DNA of 64,000 nt from Amoebidium appalachense (GCA_963693365.1 CAVNZM010000011.1:3143098-3207097); one strand, 5' to 3'; shown: positions 52,337-63,479, counted from the first letter of the stretch. A program made the numbers and translations. Notes: generated from the letters alone by a model not told the origin.

Positions 52337-53521
52337 ATGGCACATGCCTATAATCGTTTCAGAACCTCTTTCAAAGTTCCATCTACACTCATCACACATG
52401 TGCGACCATTAAAACGTCCAGCAGATACACCTACCACAGATGCACAACCAGAAAAACATCGCCTTAGACTAAGCGCAACACCTATTTACAATACACTACC
52501 CATTCAGAATAACACCACACCACTCCGTAGAAACACAATAACAACCATGCCGAAACTTTCGGTTGATACAGTACTGGCAGAACTTGCCCTCGTTAAGAAA
52601 CAGCTAAATGAGCTGTTACCACTCAAGAACATGATAGAAAAACTCCAAACAGAAAATACCCAACTCAAGCTCACCATTGATTCACTCACAGCCCAGCTAA
52701 ACATTAGTGGATCGCAAAACCCCAAAACTCATGAGCAAACATCTCGCGACGGAGACATTTCCACCCCAACACAAAACAACACAGGACCGGAAGCACAGCT
52801 CCCGGCAGAGTTCCTAGAATATGCGAACTCTCGTAAAACACCCGAGCTCCGCCAAATTGCCAAGGAAACATATGCCAGCATTCTTGCAGGCAACGAGTAC
52901 CGCCGCAACTCCCCTCCCAAACCGCCGGCTAAGGGGAACACCCAAGCAAACGGTAACATCAACATCCCACCCAAATACGAGAGGGTGTATTTCAAAGTCA
53001 AGCACGGCAGACGCCCACACAGGGCCATGTGGTCCATCTTCAAGGCTCTCGGCTTCCGGTGCTCTCGCATCCTTTGTCTGTCCTTCATTGGATACGATGT
53101 GCTGGAAGTAGCAGTACGGGGCGACTATAACCGTGCGTTCATCCGTGACGCGACAAAGGGGTGTGGAAGCTTCTTCACCCACCTCCCAAGCTACGACCCA
53201 TGCGCGCCGGAAAACATTCAGAAAGCAGACAAAGAACGTAAAGTGTCTGCTAAGAATGCGTGCGCCACACGTTGTCGTGTACGCATCAGCAAGGCAAAAG
53301 AGTTCCTCGCAAAGTTGGAAAACGATGCTACGAGCGTGATAGACACGGACACGAAGGAACCAATGTTTTCTGGTGAGAAACTGCTCGAGCGCAAACGCCG
53401 ATGCGAGATGGAAATCGAGCTCTTCTGCGAACTGTTCGCGCTGGCGGAAGGTCGTGCATACGACCCCGTAAGCGACAAGTGGGAACCAACCCCACAGGTG
53501 TCGGACCAAACCGATGCCTAA
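52337..53521 (+). CDS. LINE ORF1 (coiled-coil, basic putative nucleic-acid-binding protein), 394 aa
   Basis: Heptad segment VLAELALVKKQLNELL...LTAQLN and a TYASIL motif; lies directly upstream of ORF2. Confidence 0.85.
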   Translation: MAHAYNRFRTSFKVPSTLITHVRPLKRPADTPTTDAQPEKHRLRLSATPIYNTLPIQNNTTPLRRNTITTMPKLSVDTVLAELALVKKQLNELLPLKNMIEKLQTENTQLKLTIDSLTAQLNISGSQNPKTHEQTSRDGDISTPTQNNTGPEAQLPAEFLEYANSRKTPELRQIAKETYASILAGNEYRRNSPPKPPAKGNTQANGNINIPPKYERVYFKVKHGRRPHRAMWSIFKALGFRCSRILCLSFIGYDVLEVAVRGDYNRAFIRDATKGCGSFFTHLPSYDPCAPENIQKADKERKVSAKNACATRCRVRISKAKEFLAKLENDATSVIDTDTKEPMFSGEKLLERKRRCEMEIELFCELFALAEGRAYDPVSDKWEPTPQVSDQTDA

Positions 53522-56500
53522 TTTATCCTTCTTCTTCTGGAATGCTCGGACACTGGGCCCCCAAAAGGGCCTCCCCCCCGGGACACTCGACGATAAAATC
53601 AGCTACATACAACAACAGACAAACAACCACACGTTTACAGTGATTTGCGAAACACAGTTTAAAAACCACCACAAATTCAACTCTACATTGGTCGACACAT
53701 CCACACACCCCGGTTACGCGAAAAACCGAGGCATTATTGTACTTGCCGCACCACACGTGAGAGTGAAGTGCAAACCGGTAGCAAAAACGGAATTCTCGGT
53801 TTCTATAGAGTTTCTTTCTAATGTTTTTACTTTTGTATATTACCCACCATCTATGTCGGTTGTCGAATTGACTCACGAGTTGTCACAGTTACCAATGTCC
53901 ACTGTTATTTTAGGTGATTTTAACACGCGACTCCACCACACAGACACACTGCAAGTGAGTGTCGGGTACCCATCTAAGCCCCCGGAGCGTGCTATCCCTT
54001 TAGCAAGGTATGTCCAAAGTCACACTTTGCGGTTCCCTCAAATATCCCATGCCCACAACACCGACTGGGGAGTGGCCTTTTGGCCATCAACCATGTCAAA
54101 ACTCTCTCTCCCTCCTAACCTCTCTAGGTCATCTGACCACTCTCCTATCCTTTTCCTACCTAAGATCTCCCTTGATCTGCTCCCCCCTCCCCCTCCCACC
54201 TTTCGCCTCCGTCTATCCCAGCTTAAGTCACAGTGGGGTAGAGTTGATGTATGTGTATGCTATGCTACGAAACACCCTATATATATGCGCCTATTAGAAT
54301 CTGCACAAGCCAGGCCAGATTCACATCTCGTACTAGATACATGCACTAACTTTATTGTTGATGATTTGATAGATCTCGGTGATTATGCTGGCGGTGGTAG
54401 GAAGGAATATCCCGATGCTCTCTTGTTACCAAACACCACTCCCGCTAGACTAGGTGAACCCCTGTCTCAAAAGGAAAGCTTGCGCCGGCTTGCTAGTATG
54501 AATCGATTTGGCCCCCCTGCTCGTATTATTGGTGATACCACTGGAGACCCCCTCATAGACTCTGATAAGTATTTCTCGGAACTGTTTAAAGATAGGACCC
54601 CCGCTCAGAAACCTATTGTGTGGCCTGTAGACCCATCTATCCCCATAGAATCGATCCTCCCCTTTTTCAGTCCCGATGCCATATGGTCTGTGATATCTAG
54701 TTATAGCTCTAGTAAGTCTTGTGGACCTGATGGACTCCCTGCTGGGTTTCTTAAAATCCTTGTTCCCTCCTACCCACAAAAGGAAAGTGATCGTGCTATT
54801 AAACCTGATCTTACTATCATGTTAAGCTCTCTCTTTTCTTGGTGTGTTAAATGTGGACATGTCCCGTCATCTTGGTTAGATACCTTAGTGATCCCCATAG
54901 TTAAGAAGGACTCTGAGGGCCCCATATCATCCTTTCGCCCCATTACACTAACCCAGGTTGTTCGTAGATTCTTTGAAGCTTGCTTACTTAGGTTATTTGC
55001 ACATCACCCTAGGTTTCAATCTATTCTTCACATACACCCATGCCAATCCGCTTTTCGTAAAAACAATTCATGTTATGTTCAAATAATGGCACTGCACGAT
55101 TCTATGCAAGTTGGTGCACAATATGTTGGCTTTATTGATTGGAAAACTGCTTACGATTCTGTCTCCCCTGGTCTCCTATGGGAAAAGCTTGCTGCACGGG
55201 GTGTACCACACTGCATTGGTGTTCTGTTAGAAGCACTCTTGTCTCAAACCTATGGTAGAGCTGTGGTTAATGGGCATCTTTCATATGGTTTTGCTCGTAC
55301 TAGAGGTCTCTTGCAGGGTTCATTGCTTAGCCCCTTTTTGTTTAACCTATTTATAGATGATTTGGCTGTCAAGATTTACGCCGAAAACGATGACCCTATT
55401 AATAACTTTCCGCCTGCACTTCTCTATGCTGATGATCTGTCCCTCCTTGCCCGTACCCCTAGACGCCTGCAAAGATTGTTCGATGTAGTGTCAGAGTGGT
55501 GCAAGGCAAACCTTATGATCCTTAACATAGACAAATGTGGTGTTCTTGTACCTGATATAGCTAACAATTTACACACATTTACATTATCATCTAAACCTGT
55601 ACCTATAGTTCCAGAATACAAATATCTTGGTGTTCCGGTTGATTCTGTTGGTGTTATGTTTCCCCATATGGTCGAAAAGAGGGTAGAGTTGGCTCGTAAG
55701 CGGTTAGCTTTCTTCTCGGCTAATATTTTTAAAGACACACCCCTCCATCCTTCTATTAGACTTACATTTATTCGCACTTTTGTCTTCCCGGCATGTGAAT
55801 ATGGTTTACCCCTTCTCGCCGCTTGGATCAAGAAAGAGAGAACTAGAACGCTTAAACCCTTGGCAAATTTCCTTGAAGCAGAAGTTGCCTCCTTTCTATC
55901 TAACAACTGTTGTAAACCTGGGCCTGTAACGCTCTCGATATATGGTCTGGTCCCAATAGCTGCTAGAGTATCCTATCTCGCGCTGAAATTCAATAAGCAC
56001 ATAAGCCGCTTAAAGAAGTATTTGCCCTCCCACCCTCTCTTCTCTATCCGACCTGTCCCCTCCTCACCTCTCCCCTCTTTCCTCCCCTCTCTCTCCCCTT
56101 CTCCCCTGGGCACAAATACAAATAAACCCCGCAATAGTGTGTGTGTGACTTTGGACTGCCACTTACTTATTAAACATGTACACAATCACAAGATAATCAC
56201 GCAATATAACAAATGGAAAAAGATACCACACGACACTAGACCCGATGAAAGCATACACCTTGAAAAACTAAGCCTTATGTCTCGTTTTATATATACTGAC
56301 CGCCTCAACCATATTGCCAAATATGGCACTCGCAAGTGTATAACACCTAAATACATATTACCTTCCTGTAGAACTGGTCTTTCTCTAGCTGATGGTATTA
56401 TTGATCAATTACCACGCTTTTACTGTACACGTGCTATACAGTGGAGATCTAATAAGTATAAGGTGGCATCATTTGCATGCCCAAACAACACACACACACA

Positions 56501-56708
56501 CCAGTTTAACCGGTCATGTATCGCCAAATGTAGTTTGATAGACCACATAATACCACAACACACACACGTCACATTCACAACAGACACCCAGAAAGATAGC
56601 CTACCTGTAAATTACAACATCCTTGATTTTATACTAAACACGCGTAACTACGACCTGTTTATTAGATGTATTGATTGGCTTGAGAAACACATCACTACAA
56701 AATTATAG
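53514..56708 (+). CDS. LINE ORF2: AP endonuclease plus reverse transcriptase, 1064 aa
   Basis: APE motifs WNAR, ICET, YYPP, ILGDFN, SDHSPI. RT motifs GPDGLP, FRPITL, QSAFR, FIDWKTAYDSV, GLLQGSLLSPFLFNLFIDDL, YADD, YKYLG. C-terminal Cys/His segment. Confidence 0.97.
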   Translation: MPNLSFFFWNARTLGPQKGLPPGTLDDKISYIQQQTNNHTFTVICETQFKNHHKFNSTLVDTSTHPGYAKNRGIIVLAAPHVRVKCKPVAKTEFSVSIEFLSNVFTFVYYPPSMSVVELTHELSQLPMSTVILGDFNTRLHHTDTLQVSVGYPSKPPERAIPLARYVQSHTLRFPQISHAHNTDWGVAFWPSTMSKLSLPPNLSRSSDHSPILFLPKISLDLLPPPPPTFRLRLSQLKSQWGRVDVCVCYATKHPIYMRLLESAQARPDSHLVLDTCTNFIVDDLIDLGDYAGGGRKEYPDALLLPNTTPARLGEPLSQKESLRRLASMNRFGPPARIIGDTTGDPLIDSDKYFSELFKDRTPAQKPIVWPVDPSIPIESILPFFSPDAIWSVISSYSSSKSCGPDGLPAGFLKILVPSYPQKESDRAIKPDLTIMLSSLFSWCVKCGHVPSSWLDTLVIPIVKKDSEGPISSFRPITLTQVVRRFFEACLLRLFAHHPRFQSILHIHPCQSAFRKNNSCYVQIMALHDSMQVGAQYVGFIDWKTAYDSVSPGLLWEKLAARGVPHCIGVLLEALLSQTYGRAVVNGHLSYGFARTRGLLQGSLLSPFLFNLFIDDLAVKIYAENDDPINNFPPALLYADDLSLLARTPRRLQRLFDVVSEWCKANLMILNIDKCGVLVPDIANNLHTFTLSSKPVPIVPEYKYLGVPVDSVGVMFPHMVEKRVELARKRLAFFSANIFKDTPLHPSIRLTFIRTFVFPACEYGLPLLAAWIKKERTRTLKPLANFLEAEVASFLSNNCCKPGPVTLSIYGLVPIAARVSYLALKFNKHISRLKKYLPSHPLFSIRPVPSSPLPSFLPSLSPSPLGTNTNKPRNSVCVTLDCHLLIKHVHNHKIITQYNKWKKIPHDTRPDESIHLEKLSLMSRFIYTDRLNHIAKYGTRKCITPKYILPSCRTGLSLADGIIDQLPRFYCTRAIQWRSNKYKVASFACPNNTHTHQFNRSCIAKCSLIDHIIPQHTHVTFTTDTQKDSLPVNYNILDFILNTRNYDLFIRCIDWLEKHITTKL

Positions 56709-56728
56709 CGCACGCGCACACACACACA

Positions 56729-56789
<61 letters not shown>

Positions 56790-56821
56790 CCAGCTGATAC
56801 CGAGTGTCCCGAGGGGAGCCC

Positions 56822-56878
<57 letters not shown>

Positions 56879-57357
56879 GGGGAACCCCAACTAATTGATT
56901 TCTCCTTGTAGTCTTTATGGTGTCTCGTAGAGAAAGTAAACCCTGATATATAGTCACCACCCGACATCTATGTACGTGATCATGATATACCGCTGAGGGG
57001 ATATTCCGAGCAAACCCCCCCCCCCCATACCTGAGACTGGTTCTCTTTGCCTCGAGTAAACAGCGTAAACCCCGAGCTCGTATCTAATACCGATTTGCAC
57101 CCCGGCGGAATATACTTCGCTAAGAACGAGCAATGCCACGCCGTATGTTTCCAAAAGATAGTTTTGCAATAGGTAAATTTCGTGGTCCTGGGCCCATTCG
57201 TTGGTGGCCCTAACTTCATGCATCCATCTAGTAATGGGCTTTTCTATGCACTCTTCGGCGCTTCGGATTTTGTCGTCACACAGAGACGCTGTCAGATTCC
57301 GAACCGACTGAACCGAGACGTTCAAAATGTTATCAACACTGCTGTGCTGAATATATA

Positions 57358-57394
<37 letters not shown>

Positions 57395-57742
57395 ATACAC
57401 TGTCGACTGAAACGAACCATAAAATAAGTCTTATTTCAGATGGGATTATCATGGGACTTTGAATCCTCCTCCTCCCCTATAATTGCAGGCATGTCCACCC
57501 TACCCTGCGTCATCTAACCCCCCTCCCCCCCCCCCCCCATCCCATCCTCCTCTCATCCACCCCCCCCCCCCCCCCCCAACACCCCTAAACACACACACAT
57601 ACACATGCACACATCACCTTCCCCCCCCCCCCCCCCCCAGTCCCCCCAAAAAATTGTATGCACAAATATATATATTATATATTTATAAACAAAAAAAAAT
57701 GAAAAAAAAATATTCGTATCCCTGCACACAATCTGCACGACA

Positions 57743-58935
57743 GTGCGGCCCGCCCACGCAGAGTACAGCAAATCCATCGTCAACGCATGCGAGCACCCAG
57801 ACAAGTATATGATGATCGAGGTCGACGCCATGGACAAGAAGAAGACCGCACTGCCATTCCAGGTGTGCTCCAAGAAAGAGGTGGCACACCCTAATCTCCT
57901 GAGCGCCACCCTGATGGGTTGCACAACATACGGCCACTCGTGTGGATTTTACATCGACCCAGGCAAGGGACCCGACCACTATGCCGACTCTCGAATATGC
58001 TTTAACACGTCCGCCCTTTTGTTTGTGACCACATGATTTATTCTTTCTTACCCCTTTTGTCAACCCTTCGGCATATATTATCTTGCTACCAAAAAAATCA
58101 TTGCTTCTGCATATAGGGATCATGACCGACATACAGCTAGGAATGGGACAGACAGCAACTAGAAAGTATTAACCAGGAAATTACTGGGCACGTTTTGTTT
58201 TAGAATTGCAGCTGTTGGCAATGACTAAGGTGCTCGTAAACATACTAATCCTTGCTGCTGTTACCGTGCAAAAAACACGGTGAATATTACTGGAAAACTT
58301 TGAATATACAATTTGGGAGTGTGTTCCAATCAGCTCCTTATGGTACATAGCTTGCCACTGTTCTATATAGTATAGATGTGCAGGCATATTGGCCCCGACC
58401 GGATAGGTATAAAAGATCCCGCAGCGCAAAATGAGTTCCATCAGACTAAGTAGTTCAAAAATAGAATATAAAATAAAATAATAAATAACAAAAAAAAACA
58501 ACCCCACCTCTTCACCTCCCCTTTGCCTTCTTTTTGTGTACCCGTTCTTTTCCTTACCTTTTTGTTTACCGACATGGTAGCACAACGTAAACACTTAACA
58601 TTTTATTCGTTTGAATGCCCCAGTTTTACTAGTGGTTTCCCATACCTGACTAAGCCCCCCCCCCCCCCCCCCCCCCCCCAATCCCAAAATTCCAGGGCTG
58701 TGTAGTACGGCAAGGGGTCCAATTGCGCAATCAATGCCGTTGTTCGTGAGTTATTGCACAATTGCCACAAGATCAAACCGGACGGGAGCATGATCCTGCT
58801 GGTGTCCCATGACAACTCCCCAGCAGAGTCCAAGAACCAGTACATGTACGGCTTCTGGCCTACCTCGTTCACAAAAAAGTTTTCTCCAAGGTTTTGGTGC
58901 ACAACATGATTGTTGGACACACCCACGGGGTGCAG
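57743..58935 (+). pseudogene. Decayed Sola-like (DUF7869-type) DD(D/E) transposase fragments
   Basis: YMMIEVDAMDKKKTALP, KGSNCAI, LLVSHDNSPAESKNQY, then after a frameshift YLVHKKVFSKVLVHNMIVGHTH. Confidence 0.75.
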
Positions 58936-59102
58936 GCAAGAGCCCCCCCCCCCCCCCCCCCCCTTCCCCCCCGCCTTTTAGTTTCATACACATCCCAAAA
59001 AGCCTATGACTCTCTACACCCTCCCCCCCTCCCCCCCCCCCCCCCCCCCCCCCCCCCGCCGCCTTTTAGTTTCATACACATCCCAACCCTATGACTCTCT
59101 AC

Positions 59103-59133
<31 letters not shown>

Positions 59134-59299
59134 ACTGCATCCTCATACACACACACACACATCTTGAAAAACTAATATTTTTTTCTGACAATACATTTAT
59201 ATTGTATATTTTCTTCAAATTATCGGACTACTTAGTTCCAGTGTTTACTGCTGAATGTGGGTTTAAAGTTAAATGTATGATGCACCGCTACTATAGACC

Positions 59300-59602
59300 T
59301 GTACAACGTTTCGGCCAATAACTTACGTTAAAAAAAAGATTTTTTCAAGCGGAGACCGGCAAATTGATCAGCGCCCGAAGCTACACAAGGAACTGTAGCT
59401 AACTCAAAAGTTACCGTATATGGTTATTTTTTCACTCCTTTTTGCGTAAAAATCAGTCGGGTTTGCCCGGAACTTGTTCGAACCTGGGATCGGCACAACT
59501 TTTTATGAGGAAAAAACTTTTTTAAAAAATCCAATCCGACCGATCGCAAGATCTATTCGAGCTGAGTCAATTGCCGTAGTTTTCATTGCCGTACCATACC
59601 CC
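59300..59602. mobile_element. Probable DNA-transposon terminal region
   Basis: AT-rich non-coding block ending ...ttgccgtagttttcattgccgtaccatacccc with an abrupt switch to GC-rich sequence; its reverse complement resembles 2054-2110. Confidence 0.4.
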
Positions 59603-59609
59603 TACGGAT

Positions 59610-60548
59610 TTATACTGATCTTACAGGCACTCCGCCAGGCACTCACGTACTCCGGCCTTGGCCCCCCGGGGAGGGGGCCACCTGGGAGGGTAGAGCTGGC
59701 ATAGCCCCAGAGGTGAATAAGTGTAGGGTCACAGGGCACCACTTCATCACCATGCCCATCCCCGCAACCCACACGGACTACCCATACCTCTGGGACCACC
59801 CGGAGGGAATACTTCTGTCGTTCAACACCGGGGCACCAAGCCCCCGCGAATACAAAGTACGTGCCCGCCTCACCACCGTGGACAGGGCGACCGTGCTCCT
59901 CGACCACCCGCGGCTAGGGCAGAGCACACATCCCACAGACAACACACCACCACTCGAGGCCCCAGACGAAGACGACCAATCATTGGCCTCCGCGCCGTCG
60001 CACCAGCCCTACCAGGCCCCGTCCCCACCAAGGGATATTACCGAAAATTTTGACCTAAAGTTTTTTAGAAGTTTTTTCATGTTTTTTCGTGATCGCTTGA
60101 GCAGATACGATACTGTTTTGCTGGTATCTCAGTGTACGTGTGCAGGGGGTATAACAACACACTAACTGTGAAAAATTGGTGCATTTTGGTTGAACGGTTC
60201 CCAAGTTATTGCATTTTTAATTTTTTGAAACGTGCATAACGTTATTCAAACCTGCATAACGTTAGACAATTTTACTTAGTATATGTAAATTTGCCTCAAA
60301 AAATTCGTTAAAGTGCCTTCACCTCCGCCGGTGTCGCCCACAGGGGACCCCGTGGCGGACCTGACGGCTCGAGTAAACCGGCTCGAACTACAGTTGGCCA
60401 GCCAAGGGGCCACCATCCACAACGTGCACCGTGAGGTGCAGGATACGACTGCCCAGCTGAGGGGTATGGAGCAGTCGATGGTTAGCATGCTCGAACGGCT
60501 AGGGGGCCGCCTTGCCCGCACACTGGAAGCCCGTTTGGACGGGGCTAT

Positions 60549-60580
<32 letters not shown>

Positions 60581-61180
60581 AGAGCAATCCACCCCAGAGA
60601 CCCGAGACCCCCAAGCCACCGAGCCATTGAGGCCCACAGAGGCACAACACCCCAACAACGGCGCCCCCCCCCCAACCAAGGCGGGGGCACCCAGGGGCCC
60701 CCTCACAACGCCAACCCACACAGCCCACACGCCCATCAACACCACACACTGTCAGGTCCTCGGTTAACTCAACACGGGGAACTGACCAAGGTGCCCGTCC
60801 CCCATCTCGTAGGAACGGGCAGGCATAATGCCCACCCCATCCCCCCGGCCCAGACACCCGGCGCCGGCAAAGGGGGTAGCGCCTGATACCACACAAACAC
60901 TCGGCACGGCGCAAAGTCCGGGTCCAGTGGCCACAGACATGATCCACCAGAACACAGCCCTGGAAGCACTTGAAGGGGACTCGGAACTCGTCTCGCCCAT
61001 CAACCACGCGAATTTACCACTGGCCAAACCACACAGCCACCTTCGTATTGGAACTTTAAACCTGGCCGGACCTACCACTCGTAACGGCCAGGACAAGATC
61101 GTCGAGGCAGCCAGGTGGGCTGCCTTTGCAGACATGGATGTAGTCATTCTGACGGAGACCGGGACCACCCCGGGCTCCTT
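59610..61180 (+). mobile_element. Fragment of a second LINE-like element (ORF1-like coiled coil plus start of AP endonuclease)
   Basis: VADLTARVNRLELQLA... coiled coil; LRIGTLNLAG...MDVVILTETG is the APE N-terminus; the frame breaks at ~61181. Confidence 0.75.
60030..60319. mobile_element. 290-bp MITE with imperfect ~30-bp TIRs and a 4-bp TSD
   Basis: Left end aagggatattaccgaaaattttgacctaaa versus right-end reverse complement aaggcactttaacgaattttttgaggcaaa. TSD cacc at 60026-60029 and 60320-60323. Excision restores the host frame (APSPP|PPVSPTG). Confidence 0.85.
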
Positions 61181-61479
61181 CACACGCACGAAGTTTTTCC
61201 ATTCGAAACGAAGGTATCCCCATGCGTGCCACCGTGACGTACGTATGCCCACCAGCCACCACCACTGGACACACACACACAACACTCTCTGCCTCAGAGG
61301 CCAGTATCCCGGTGGCAGAGAGCTCGACCAATGACCAAACCACACCGTCACTAGCCCGGGAGGAAACACGATTCCGCTACACGGGGGCGGTGATACTTAC
61401 AAGCGAAACGTGGTTTAGACACCAAGGAAAACCACATAGCAAAGATGCACGAATGTTAAGCTATTCCATATCACACAAA

Positions 61480-62390
61480 ACGGCACACAACGTGGGTGAT
61501 ACATCAGCAATCTCCACCGGGGATCGTATACCCCTCGTAACGCCATCTCCGATGGCGTAAACCTGTCACCCATCGTAAAGCACACCGCGAGTTCATATGG
61601 AGTGGTTGCACGAAGTCTTTACGATAGTGTAAAGAGTTCCATGGGGTAAACGGAGCGTCTTATGTATATACATTGGATATACGCTTTACCACATCCATAG
61701 GGTTTATGGATGTCGTAAAGCGTATGTCATATGTATATCCGATGTATATACATTGCACTATACATAGGATGTTCTATGTATATCCAATGTATAACCTATG
61801 TATATCCATATGGATATACAATGTATAACCTATGTATATACATACGAATACTATACATAGAACATACATACGAGAGCGTTACGAGCGGTCTTAATACCGC
61901 CATAATACGGACACAAACCCCCCCATTTCAAAGTCAGAAACCTACCCAATGGATATACTAAGTATGCCATTACGCGCAGCGGAAACCCATCGTAACCTTC
62001 ACCATCCGAGTATCCAAACCCATCCCGTTGGATATCTTAAGTATATGTTTAGAAGCGGCTTAATACCATCGTAAGCCATGACATATGATATACACCGATG
62101 TATTTTACGAATTACCAACCATATACATATGATAGTGACATTGCTGGTCTTGGGGTACATTACAACCCCCATAATACCGTCGTAGACATTTTCATAAGAG
62201 CCCGTACACCACACGTATGTATATACATAGCATGTCGTGTATACATCATTACGACAGCTCTTTGCCCATCCATACGATATCCATGCATAGCCAAATAATA
62301 TGTTACGAGTACCATGACCAACTAAATACAATATTACGGAATATCGTAATATACGATTACGAGCTGTCGTAATATCATAATACGAAATGT
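61480..62390. repeat. Palindrome-rich array of short motifs, possibly a transposon subterminal region
   Basis: Recurrent catcgtaa/ttacga, ggatatac/gtatatcc and taatac motifs in both orientations; long hairpin at 61679-61725. Confidence 0.65.
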
Positions 62391-62588
62391 AACCACCACC
62401 GTTGTGCCCCCCCCCCCCCCCCCCCCTCCCCCCTCCCCTCCCTCCCCCCCCCTCCCTCCCCCCTCCCTCCCCCCCCCCCCCCCCCCCCCCCCTTCCTTCT
62501 TACCTTTCTAACTTATTTCACAATTTGTACACGAGATACCATAAAGACTGCTATGCATAGCCACGACAGACGACAGTATTTTTACTAC

Positions 62589-62786
62589 AAGTCTCGCTCC
62601 ACACAGGAGCAGAGACTTCCATTGTCCTATAAGTCTCGCTCCACAGGAGCAGAGACCGAGTTAACTTCTAAGTCTGGCTCCGCAGGAGCCGTCAACTATC
62701 AAAATTTTCTAAGTCTCGCTCCTCTTGAGACAAGACACACCAATTCCCTAAGTCTCCCTCCACATGAGAAGAGACTGCACTACTCT
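62589..62786. repeat. Five hairpin repeats with short variable spacers
   Basis: aagtctcgctcc(aca)ggagcagagac-like units start at 62589, 62631, 62670, 62711 and 62750. Confidence 0.85.
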
Positions 62787-63098
62787 AACAAGCATTCAAA
62801 CTAACATACCACCCCGTTACCCCAGGTGGCATCCATTCTCTACTATCTACTTTATCTCGCATCTCGTAACAACACTACTCTTAAGCAAACAAAAAATACC
62901 AAAAAGAATCATGACAAAAAAGAAAAAAAAAGGAAAAAAAACTACCACACAAGCACAACAGGCTGGGCTGGGGCCGCATTTTAAGGCGGCGTCTCAGGGC
63001 CTTCTCACTGATCTGCTGGCCGGGAGGGGTTGCAGTGGGGGTCGAAGGTTGCTGAGCAGGTGGGGCCCCATCGTCGGCGGGGGGGGGGGGGGGGGGGG

Positions 63099-63129
<31 letters not shown>

Positions 63130-63479
63130 AGTCTTTCTTCTTCTTCTTTTCTTCTGTGGCCTTCTTCTCGAGACGGCGGAGAATCTCCTGGTGGTTCGCC
63201 AACTCCTGGAGAACAATGCATGTTAGTTGTGCATAAAGCAAAGTGTATTCCCCTCCACCCAAAAAGGCTAACCATCTCATCTATACAATCAACCAAACTC
63301 CTACAACATGTGTAAGTAGATGTGATAAAAAATGCTGTGAGTCCTCTCCCATGATACCAACAAAGCTCTTCATTGTGTCTGGTCGTGAGCAACACAGAAA
63401 CGAAACACGGAAACAACAGCAGCCATAGGACAAAGAGCCGGTACCCACCTATGGATGCTACTTAGTAAACATGCACAGA

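Larger units (their letters stand above)
52117..57073 (+). mobile_element. Full-length non-LTR retrotransposon (LINE), apparently intact
   Basis: 8-bp TSD gagctcgt at 52109-52116 and 57074-57081; two intact ORFs; the 3' end matches the truncated copy at 8700. Confidence 0.93.
51863..57345 (-). pseudogene. OTU-like cysteine protease (deubiquitinase-fold) gene split by the LINE
   Basis: Removing 52117-57073 and one TSD copy restores the frame ...VRNLTA...NEWAQDHEIYLLQ...GIRYEL|HANKHRNPQPLKGLAIIYHTRDHYEPV..., with the OTU Trp and His-Tyr motifs. The catalytic Cys exon was not clearly found. Confidence 0.7.

Noticed and set aside
56055-56137. Intron in the pyrimidine-rich part of ORF2
   Set aside because: The GT...AG span is 83 nt and would shift the frame; the ORF already reads through.
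56826-56877. Poly(A) as the LINE 3' end
   Set aside because: No TSD there; the TSD and the second copy both place the end at 57073.
59455-59500. tRNA or SINE B-box (gttcgaacc)
   Set aside because: No cloverleaf or A-box.
62589-62786. CRISPR array
   Set aside because: Spacers too short, repeats degenerate, no cas genes, eukaryotic context; kept as a hairpin array.
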